From assembly GCA_029210695.1 (NCBI GenBank), contig JARGFH010000042.1, positions 1 through 32,979 on the forward strand: a stretch of DNA of 32,979 nt, read 5' to 3'. Of the stretch, positions 16,930-24,795 are shown piece by piece. Position 1 is the first letter of the stretch. Each line of letters starts with the position of its first letter. The translations under genes were made by a program, and so were the position numbers. The notes under the pieces are model-generated. The model was not told the origin of the DNA. It worked only from the letters and a program-made list of their open reading frames with translations, and made no database searches. The DNA comes from Acidimicrobiia bacterium. GTDB taxonomy: Bacteria > Actinomycetota > Acidimicrobiia > Spongiisociales > JAHEDJ01.

Positions 16930-19128
16930 GTGGCCAACATCGCGCATCCGGGAACCATCGGCGCAGAGCCCATCGTGCGGCCGGACAGGCCCGGCAACAA
17001 CTGGGTTCCGTGGGCGCTCGCAGCCCTCGTGGTTATCTCGGGGTTTGGACTGGGTGCGCTCTACTCCTCCGCCGTCTCGACTGAGACCGCCGCCCCCGAT
17101 CTCGCCCCCCCGCCGCCCCTGGACGAGGCCTCGCCGCTCCCACCCATCGAAGCCGCAGTTGCCCCCGTCTTCGGTGTGCCATCCCCGACGACGCCATCCG
17201 GTCGAGCGTTGGGCCCAACAGAAGTGTCTCTCTTCACCCAGTTCCCCCTGATGGCTTTTGACTGGGAATCCGTCACTATTCCAACGGAAGCCGGTTTCGA
17301 GTTCCGTTGGTTCGGGCGGCTGGGTGACGGGTACACCGTTGTCGGAGTCGAATGGCCTGACGACGGATTCGCCCAGAATCTCACGACGTGGACTTCGCCA
17401 GACGGCCAAACCTGGGCAAGGGCTGGCGTACTCACCATCCCGGGCCGGATGTCATTACACCAGATCACCGGGTGGGGGGACCGGGTCTTTGCCCTCGGCG
17501 AGACCTGGGGTGAGGGCGATTCGGGCAGTCGCGTGCTCTACTCGACGACCGACGGAGTCGATTGGACCGAGCTTCCGTTGCCTCGAGTAGCGGAGTCCTC
17601 CGACTACGTGTACATCCAGGGTGTCGCCTCGAACGACACCGGCATCGTTGTTGCGCTCACGGTTGAGTCGTACCCGACCGAACCACCACAGATACTCGAG
17701 TTTCCGGGTTACACCATCGAGATCGATCATCGGGCGGCCGTCTACAGGCTGATCGACGCCGCCGGCACTGTCATCCTGACGGGTTCTACGGCCGACATCT
17801 GGCGCTCGGAGGACAACGGCCAGGGCTTCTACGACCCCCTTACCGGTGAGTTGATTACCGTGGTGCCCTGGCAGGTTTGGGAGCAAGGTTGGGGCTCCGC
17901 CTACGAGGGCAGGGAGTCGACCTCGCCGCTTCCGGTCCCGATCGAACCAAGTCAGCCCTACGTGGCGCCATCGATCGTGATCGAGTGGGATGGCTTCGTC
18001 GTAACACTCGACGAAAACGAGGGCGTCTTCGACGTCATCGAGGCCGATTCGGGCGAGGTGGTGTGTTCGGGTCCCATCGACTTCATCTGGCGTGGTCCCG
18101 CTCCATCGTTCGTCGACCAGTCCACCGGTGAGGTGCTCTTTGCGGTCACCTGGGAGGAATGGGATCAGGCCGAGATGGCGTTCTGGGATACCCGCCAGGA
18201 GGTCTACGACTCCGGGTGGTATCCCACCAGGACCGTCGTTCTGTTCTCCGCCGACGGGTTCGAGTGGGAAGAGACTCTCCTTTCGACTAGTTCGGCCGGG
18301 GCGTCGCTGACGGTCACAGCCACCGACGAGGAGTTCGTGCTATTCGTGAATTCGTACGGCGAATACGGGGAGAGCAGCTCGTTGTGGACCTCGGTTGACG
18401 GCGTCGACTGGGAGGCCGCCGAATCCTCCGACCAGGGAGAGCGGTACCTGCACAACACGGTTGTGACCGCCGGTGGCCTGATGGGTATTGGCGATTGGCA
18501 GGGTGGTCAGGGAGTCTGGTCGTCTGCGGACGGACTCACCTGGGTCACCGAGTTCGGCGTCGGGCCACAGGATGACGGCCGGCACGTCTGGCTCAACGCA
18601 GTTGCCGACGGCCCGCTCGGATCCGTTGTGGCGGGTACCCAGGAAGGCCCCTTCAACTACCAGTTGTTGCGCGTGTCAAAAGACGGCATGACGGCCGAGT
18701 TCGAAGGCGATTTCATCGTCCGGATCACAGATGACTCCACCGGTGATGTGGTCCTCTTCCTCACCTGGAACGAATTCGAATCCGGCGCTCTGGGTGATCG
18801 CATCGTCTACGCCGACGAAGAAACCCGGTTCTTCGATACCGACGGGAACCTGATCCTGGCGATCACCAATGAAGAAGCCCGTGACGCATATCGCGTTCGT
18901 GATGGGAATTCTCAACCGGTCGTGCGGCAGATCATGTTCATCGAATCCGATGGAGAATGGTACGAAGTCGAGGTCGATGGCGCCGCCGTCGGCGCCATCG
19001 CCGGGTTGGTCGTGGGCGAGGAGGAGGTGCTGCTTGGCGGCATGGATTGGGGCGAGACCCGCTACTGGGAAGAGGACTACTCCGTCGGTGCCAGCGTCGT
19101 GATCATGATCGGCACCCCTGCTGGATAG
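16930..19128 (+). CDS. Large membrane-anchored extracellular acidic protein with Asp-box (BNR-like) repeats
   Basis: SD GGAGG + GTG; N-terminal TM, Pro linker; WTSPDGQTW, STTDGVDW, FSADGFEW, WTSVDGVDW, WSSADGLTW. Confidence 0.8.
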   Translation: MANIAHPGTIGAEPIVRPDRPGNNWVPWALAALVVISGFGLGALYSSAVSTETAAPDLAPPPPLDEASPLPPIEAAVAPVFGVPSPTTPSGRALGPTEVSLFTQFPLMAFDWESVTIPTEAGFEFRWFGRLGDGYTVVGVEWPDDGFAQNLTTWTSPDGQTWARAGVLTIPGRMSLHQITGWGDRVFALGETWGEGDSGSRVLYSTTDGVDWTELPLPRVAESSDYVYIQGVASNDTGIVVALTVESYPTEPPQILEFPGYTIEIDHRAAVYRLIDAAGTVILTGSTADIWRSEDNGQGFYDPLTGELITVVPWQVWEQGWGSAYEGRESTSPLPVPIEPSQPYVAPSIVIEWDGFVVTLDENEGVFDVIEADSGEVVCSGPIDFIWRGPAPSFVDQSTGEVLFAVTWEEWDQAEMAFWDTRQEVYDSGWYPTRTVVLFSADGFEWEETLLSTSSAGASLTVTATDEEFVLFVNSYGEYGESSSLWTSVDGVDWEAAESSDQGERYLHNTVVTAGGLMGIGDWQGGQGVWSSADGLTWVTEFGVGPQDDGRHVWLNAVADGPLGSVVAGTQEGPFNYQLLRVSKDGMTAEFEGDFIVRITDDSTGDVVLFLTWNEFESGALGDRIVYADEETRFFDTDGNLILAITNEEARDAYRVRDGNSQPVVRQIMFIESDGEWYEVEVDGAAVGAIAGLVVGEEEVLLGGMDWGETRYWEEDYSVGASVVIMIGTPAG

Positions 19129-19181
19129 TCACCGGGTGAGGCCAGTGCCTTCCTCCACCTCTTGTCTGCTTATCTAGGGGT

Positions 19182-19835
19182 GTGAACTGGGATCTCATCG
19201 TTGAACTGATCGGGTATCTCGCTTCGGCACTGATCCTCGTCTCTGTCACCCGGACTTCGATCCTCAAGCTGCGCCTGTTCAGTCTGGCCGGAGCGGTGAC
19301 CTTCGTTGTGTACGGCCTGATCATCGAGGCCTATCCAATCGCCCTCGTGAATGTGGTCATCATCGGAATACAGATCTTCTTCTTGCGCGACCTCATGTCG
19401 AAGAAACGCGAATACTTCACGACACTCGAGGTCCTTGCCGATTCGCGGTACCTGGAGTACTTCCTGAAGTTCCACGAAGACGACATCCGCACGTATCGAC
19501 CGGATTTTCGGTTTGAGCCGCGCGAGGACCAAATCCGGATCTTCCTCCTCCGGGATCTGGTGCCGGCCGGCCTGCTGATCGGGAGGCCGTGCACGGATCA
19601 CTCGTTCGAGGTGGAACTCGACTACGTGATTCCTCGCTATCGGGATTTCCGGGTCGCCGAGTACTTGTTTTCAGAACGTTCCGGCGTATTTACCGACCCT
19701 CTTTGCTCACGGGCATGGAGCAAGCCCGGTACCGAGGTCAATGTTGCGTACCTCGAACGCATGGGGTTCAAGGCGGCGACCGACCCCGGGGGCAACACCG
19801 TCTACGTTAAGGACCTCGTTCCGCTGCGGACCTAG
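19182..19835 (+). CDS. YgjV/Imp-like 3-TM domain fused to a soluble GNAT-like domain
   Basis: 'IGYLASALILVS...ILKLR...GAVTFVVYGL...YPIALVN'; C-terminal 'LDYVIPRYRDF...YLERMGF'. Confidence 0.72.
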   Translation: MNWDLIVELIGYLASALILVSVTRTSILKLRLFSLAGAVTFVVYGLIIEAYPIALVNVVIIGIQIFFLRDLMSKKREYFTTLEVLADSRYLEYFLKFHEDDIRTYRPDFRFEPREDQIRIFLLRDLVPAGLLIGRPCTDHSFEVELDYVIPRYRDFRVAEYLFSERSGVFTDPLCSRAWSKPGTEVNVAYLERMGFKAATDPGGNTVYVKDLVPLRT

Positions 19836-19853
19836 GCCGGGGGCCGGGTATCG

Positions 19854-21047
19854 CTAGCCGAGGAAGTCCAGCGCCACTGCGGTGTGGAGGGCCACCCCTG
19901 CGGCCATGGCCTCTTCATCGAAGCGGACCAGGTTGGAGTGATTGACCGGCGCCTTTCCCGGTTCGAGATCATCGGGGCACGCTCCAAGAAACACCATCAC
20001 GCCCGGTACCTTCTGAAGCACGTAGCTCCAGTCCTCGGCTCCCATGATCGGCGTTGGAGCCTGGATGACGCGTTCTTCGCCGAGGAGGTTGCCGGCGATT
20101 GCCGTCACCTCGGCGGCCACCGTCTCATCGTTGAGCGTGACGGGGTAGCCGCGCTCGATGGCGACGTCGACGGTGACACCATGGGCCGCCGCGATACCGG
20201 CCGAGACCCGCTCGATCATGGCGTGGATCTGATCCCTTCGCTCCTCGGACACGGTGCGGGTCGTGCCCGTGAGAGTGGCGGTGGCCGGGATGACGTTGTA
20301 GGCGGTGCCCGCCGCCATCTGGCCGAACGTGAGCACGGCCGGGTCGAAGACATCCACGGTACGAGTCAGCGCCACTTCGGTGGCCATGATGATCTCGGCC
20401 GCCACCGGCACGGGATCAACGGCGTTCCACGGCGCCGAGGCGTGTCCACCTTGTCCGTGCACGGTGATGGTCACTTTGTCGGCAGCTGCCATGTAAGGCC
20501 CCGGCTTCAGGTGAAGGGTGCCGGCCTCGAAGAGGCTTGTCACGTGAATAGCGAACGCCCGGGTCGGTGATGGGTCAACCTGCTCGAGGAGTCCCTCTTC
20601 GAGCATGAAACGAGCACCGAAGTGGCCCTCTTCTCCTGGCTGGAACATGAAGAGGACCTTGCCGGCCAGACCGTCTTTTCGAGCAGAGAGCATGCGGGCG
20701 GCGCCGATGAGCATCGACGTGTGGAGGTCGTGGCCGCACGCGTGCATACGCCCGGTGTGTTCCGAGCTGAAGTCCAGACCGGTGTCTTCCGGCATGGCGA
20801 GACCGTCCATGTCGCCGCGCAACACAATCGTGGGGCCCGGTCGGCCGCCTTCGAGGACTGCGGCGATGCCGGAGGTCGTCTCGTGGAGGTGGATTGTCAA
20901 CGGGAGTCCTTCGAGTGCCTCGAGCACGGCTGCTCTGGTCTTTGGCAGGCTGTTGCCGACCTCGGGGATGCGGTGAAGGGTCCGGCGCAGCTCAACGAGC
21001 TGGGGGAGCATCTGTCGTGTTTCTTCGAGCAGCGTGGCGTAGTCCAT
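19854..21047 (-). CDS. M20D family amidohydrolase (hippurate hydrolase-like)
   Basis: RRTLHRIPE, LRGDMDGL, MHACGHD, FQPGEEG, GGHAS, AEDW, NHS; ATG 21047 follows TAGCAT. Confidence 0.93.
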   Translation of the reverse strand: MDYATLLEETRQMLPQLVELRRTLHRIPEVGNSLPKTRAAVLEALEGLPLTIHLHETTSGIAAVLEGGRPGPTIVLRGDMDGLAMPEDTGLDFSSEHTGRMHACGHDLHTSMLIGAARMLSARKDGLAGKVLFMFQPGEEGHFGARFMLEEGLLEQVDPSPTRAFAIHVTSLFEAGTLHLKPGPYMAAADKVTITVHGQGGHASAPWNAVDPVPVAAEIIMATEVALTRTVDVFDPAVLTFGQMAAGTAYNVIPATATLTGTTRTVSEERRDQIHAMIERVSAGIAAAHGVTVDVAIERGYPVTLNDETVAAEVTAIAGNLLGEERVIQAPTPIMGAEDWSYVLQKVPGVMVFLGACPDDLEPGKAPVNHSNLVRFDEEAMAAGVALHTAVALDFLG

Positions 21048-21147
21048 AGGCAAGGATGCTAGAAGAAGGAGGGCGGGTCACGGCCAATGGCAGCTCAGTC
21101 GCGCTAACCCTTCCCCCGCCCGCCTTCTCGAGGAAGGCGATAGCGCC

Positions 21148-23316
21148 TCAGCCGGCAGCCCGGAACTTGTCCCCGTTCCTCGCGTTCTCGGTCAGGATCT
21201 TCGCCGGCGTGAAGCGGTCTCCGTGTCTGGCGGCCAGGTCTTCGAGATCGGATACCACCCGATCCGCTCCCACCTGGTCGATCCAGAAGAACGGGCCGCC
21301 TCGAAACGGCGGGAACCCCAGGCCCATCACTGCCCCGATGTCGCCGTCGCGAGCCGATCCGAGGATCCCCTCTTCGAGGCATCTGGCCGCCTCGTTGGCG
21401 AAAGCCAACCACAGTCGCTTCTGAATCTCGCCGGGCGAGATCTCGGTTCTCGGTCCGAGACCAAGCGCCGCGTAGACGGTTTGATCCACATCTCCGCGCT
21501 GGCCCTTGTCGTCGTAGAGGTAGAAGCCGCGGCCGTTCTTCCGACCCTTTCGATCGTCTGAGATGAGGCCCTCCATCATCGAGGGTCCGCGCATACGCTC
21601 CCCGAAGGCGTCGATGAGAATGACGGCGATCTTGGCTCCAACGTCGATGCCGACCTCGTCGGCGAGCAGTACCGGTCCGACCGGAAAGCCCCAGCCGACC
21701 ATTGCCTTGTCGATGGCCTCGACGGAAGCGCCTTCGGCCAGGAGATACATCGCCTCGTTCGAGTAGGGCCCGAGGACGCGGGTCGTGTAGAACCCCGTCC
21801 CGTCTTTGACCACGATCACCGTCTTGCCCTGCTTCTTACCGAACTCGACCGCAGTGGCGGTTGCCCAGTCGGCCGTCTGGTCGGTCACGATGATCTCGAG
21901 CAACGGCATCTTGTCCACCGGCGAGAAGTAGTGCATGCCGAGCACCGTCTCGGGTCGGGACGAGGCCGAAGCAATGCTGGTGATCGGTAGCGATGAGGTG
22001 TTCGAGGCGAACACCGTGTCCGGCCGGGTGATGGCTTCGACTTCGCGAAGAATCGACTGCTTGAGTTCGATGTTCTCGAAGACAGCCTCGATGACGAGGT
22101 CGCTGTCTTCGAACCCGCGCCAGCCGGTCGACCCGGTGACGCGGAGCATTGCCTTCTCGCCTTCGAAGTCCCGCAGTCGCTTGCGCTTCACCTGCCCGCC
22201 AATGACCTTCTGTACATAGGCGAGGGCCCTCCCCACGCCGGCCGTGTCGATCTCTTTGATGCGAATCGGGGTCTGGGCCTTGAGTGTGGTGACCGCCGCG
22301 ATTCCTCCACCCATGAGGCCGCCGCCGATCATCGCTACTTTCGAAACCTGCTTTGGTTCGACGCCCTGCGCCACCCAGGTCTCCCTTTCGAGGGAGCGAG
22401 AAGAGAAGAAGATCGATCGCAGTGCCAGCGATTCCGGTGAAACAACGAGCTCACCGAAGAACCTGGCCTCGGCGGCATACCCGGCTGCCGGACCGTCCTC
22501 GATGCCGATCCGAACAGCTTCGAGCGCCCGCTCGGGCGCCGGGTAGAGGCCTTTGGTCTGCTTCAGCAGCTTGTCCTTCGCCTGCTTGAACAAGACGTTG
22601 CGGCCAACAGGGTTGGCTTCGAGGGCTAGTTCCTGAATCCCGTCCATGGAGAACAAGCTGCGTTTCTTGGTGCGACCGTCCGGAGACTCGATGGCCTCCC
22701 GGGCACGGCGCGTTGCCACCTCCATGAGCTTCTCGGTCGGGACGACTTCGTCGACCAGTCCGAGGCTCTTTGCTTTGCGGCTGCGGGCCGGGCGTCCGGT
22801 CAGGATGAGGTCGAGCGCGTCGGCGATTCCGATCAACGCCGGGAGGCGCTGGGTGCCGCCTCCCGCCGGGATAATGCCCAGTTGAACCTCGGGTTGTCCG
22901 AGTTGGGTCTTGGGGTGGTCGGTGCAAATGCGTGACGAGGCGCACAGCGCCAGTTCCGTCCCGCCGCCGAGGCACGCCCCGGAGATGGCTGCTATGACGG
23001 GCTTGCCGTGTTTGGTGTGGAGTCGCTCCACCCGGGCAAACATCTCGTGGGCGGCGAGAATCGTCTTCTCTGCGCCGATCGCGTCGGTCAGTTCGGCGAA
23101 CCAGCGGATGTCGGCTCCGACCAGGAAGTCCTTCTTGGCCGACCCCCAGACCACAGCCTCGATCGAATCGTCCGTCTCCAACCGGTCGAGGACGGTGTTG
23201 AAGTCGTCGAAGATGACCGGCCCGAGGGTGTTCATCGGTTCGCCGGCCCGGTCCATCAGGACCGTTGCGATACCGTCATCAACTGTCAGTTGGAAGTGGG
23301 TGAGTTCGTTGGTCAT
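21148..23316 (-). CDS. fadJ: Fatty acid oxidation complex alpha subunit (enoyl-CoA hydratase / 3-hydroxyacyl-CoA dehydrogenase)
   Basis: ACLGGGTELAL, PEVQLGIIPAGGGTQRLP, GGGLMGGGIA, EAVFE, ASNTSS, GMHYFSPVDKMPLLE, GLGFPPFRGGP; TGATG coupling to fadI. Confidence 0.92.
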   Translation of the reverse strand: MTNELTHFQLTVDDGIATVLMDRAGEPMNTLGPVIFDDFNTVLDRLETDDSIEAVVWGSAKKDFLVGADIRWFAELTDAIGAEKTILAAHEMFARVERLHTKHGKPVIAAISGACLGGGTELALCASSRICTDHPKTQLGQPEVQLGIIPAGGGTQRLPALIGIADALDLILTGRPARSRKAKSLGLVDEVVPTEKLMEVATRRAREAIESPDGRTKKRSLFSMDGIQELALEANPVGRNVLFKQAKDKLLKQTKGLYPAPERALEAVRIGIEDGPAAGYAAEARFFGELVVSPESLALRSIFFSSRSLERETWVAQGVEPKQVSKVAMIGGGLMGGGIAAVTTLKAQTPIRIKEIDTAGVGRALAYVQKVIGGQVKRKRLRDFEGEKAMLRVTGSTGWRGFEDSDLVIEAVFENIELKQSILREVEAITRPDTVFASNTSSLPITSIASASSRPETVLGMHYFSPVDKMPLLEIIVTDQTADWATATAVEFGKKQGKTVIVVKDGTGFYTTRVLGPYSNEAMYLLAEGASVEAIDKAMVGWGFPVGPVLLADEVGIDVGAKIAVILIDAFGERMRGPSMMEGLISDDRKGRKNGRGFYLYDDKGQRGDVDQTVYAALGLGPRTEISPGEIQKRLWLAFANEAARCLEEGILGSARDGDIGAVMGLGFPPFRGGPFFWIDQVGADRVVSDLEDLAARHGDRFTPAKILTENARNGDKFRAAG

Positions 23317-24623
23317 CAGCGCTCCAATACGACGGCGGCGCCGAGACCCCCGGCGGCGCACTGGGTGATCAGGGCGGCGCCCGAATCACGACGGTTCAAC
23401 TCGTTGGCCATGGTTAGGAGTTGCCGTGCTCCCGTGGCGCCGAACGGGTGGCCGAGGCTGATCGACCCACCGTAGAGGTTGAGCTTCTCGGCTGGTATCT
23501 CACCGATGGCCTTCTTACGCCCGAGATGGGTGCTGGCAAACTCGTCGGACCCGAACGCCTGGAGAATCGACAGCATCTGCGCGGAGAACGCCTCATGGAT
23601 GTCGACGACGTCGATGTCTTCCATGGTCAACCCTGCCCGATCGAGCGCAATAGGCGAGGCGAATGCCGGGCCGATCAGGAGTTGCCAGTTTGGGTCAACT
23701 GCGGCAAAGCCGTAGGACCGCAGGAATGCCTTCGGGACGAAGCCGAGCCGCTCGGCGGTCTTCTCCTCCATCAGAATGAGGGCCGAGGCGCCGTCCGTGA
23801 GCGGTGACGCATTGCCGGCGGTGACGGTGCCGTATCGCCGGTCGAACACCGGCTTGAGGGTTGACAGCTTCTCGAGGGTCGAGTCGGCCCGTGGGATGTT
23901 GTCACGCTCGACGACGGTTGTGTACCGCGGCGGGACGGGGAAGGCCATGACCTCGTCGTCATAGATGCCTTTGTCCCATGCCTCAACGGCCTTCTGGTGA
24001 GAACGGAACGCGTACTCGTCCTGCGCTTCACGGGAGATGCCGTTCATCCTGGCCATCTTCTCGGCACTGTCGCCCATACTTCCGCCGGTCGACCGGTCGG
24101 CGATGGCAGGCGGATGTGGGGCGAGATCCTTCGGGCGGAGGCCGGCCAGCGCCTTGACCCTCGACATCGGATCTCTGGCACTCTGCGCTTTCATCATGAC
24201 GTCGACGAACTCATCGCTGAACATGACGGGTGGCCTGGAGAGCGAGTCGGCGCCTCCGGTGACGACGATGTCGGCCTCACCCAGCAAGATGGCCTGGGCG
24301 CCGTCGACGAACGACTGGGTGCTGGTGGCGCACGCCCTGCTGACGGAGAAGGCGTCCACCGTGTCAGGCATGTTGCATGAGAGAACGATTTCTCGAGCGA
24401 TGTTGGGCGACGACACGTCCTGGACGACGCTCCCGTATACGACCCGATCGATTTGACCGCCGTCCAGACCGGAGCGGTTCAGCAGTTCCGTGACAACAGC
24501 CTGAGCGAGACTGAGGGTGGTGACGTTCTTGAAGACCGTTCCGGATTTGGCGAATGGTGTGCGGAGTCCGTCGACGATGGCGACTCGTCGCCCGTCTACG
24601 ACTCCCGGCCGTTTTTTGGCCAT
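23316..24623 (-). CDS. fadI: Acetyl-CoA C-acyltransferase (trifunctional enzyme beta subunit)
   Basis: GLRTPF, NIAREIVL, SRACATS, HEAF, GHPFGATG, QCAAGG; SD GAGGAG. Confidence 0.92.
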   Translation of the reverse strand: MAKKRPGVVDGRRVAIVDGLRTPFAKSGTVFKNVTTLSLAQAVVTELLNRSGLDGGQIDRVVYGSVVQDVSSPNIAREIVLSCNMPDTVDAFSVSRACATSTQSFVDGAQAILLGEADIVVTGGADSLSRPPVMFSDEFVDVMMKAQSARDPMSRVKALAGLRPKDLAPHPPAIADRSTGGSMGDSAEKMARMNGISREAQDEYAFRSHQKAVEAWDKGIYDDEVMAFPVPPRYTTVVERDNIPRADSTLEKLSTLKPVFDRRYGTVTAGNASPLTDGASALILMEEKTAERLGFVPKAFLRSYGFAAVDPNWQLLIGPAFASPIALDRAGLTMEDIDVVDIHEAFSAQMLSILQAFGSDEFASTHLGRKKAIGEIPAEKLNLYGGSISLGHPFGATGARQLLTMANELNRRDSGAALITQCAAGGLGAAVVLER

Positions 24624-24672
24624 GAACGCTCCTCGGGTCGGTTGTTACTCACCAGTATCGCGTGATCTTCCG

Positions 24673-24721
24673 TTTCTCCGCAATGCAATGGCGCGTGGTG
24701 ATGCATTGCATTGCGGAGAAA
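24673..24721. repeat. Palindromic REP-like element, family B copy 3
   Basis: 18-bp perfect IR TTTCTCCGCAATGCAATG/CATTGCATTGCGGAGAAA with 13-nt loop GCGCGTGGTGATG; between divergent genes. Confidence 0.85.
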
Positions 24722-24795
24722 ATTCCGATTCCGCCTGCCAGTTGCGTTCGCGCGTTCGGTAGGTTCGAGGGGAGGAAGAAACGGGAAGGGTTCTC

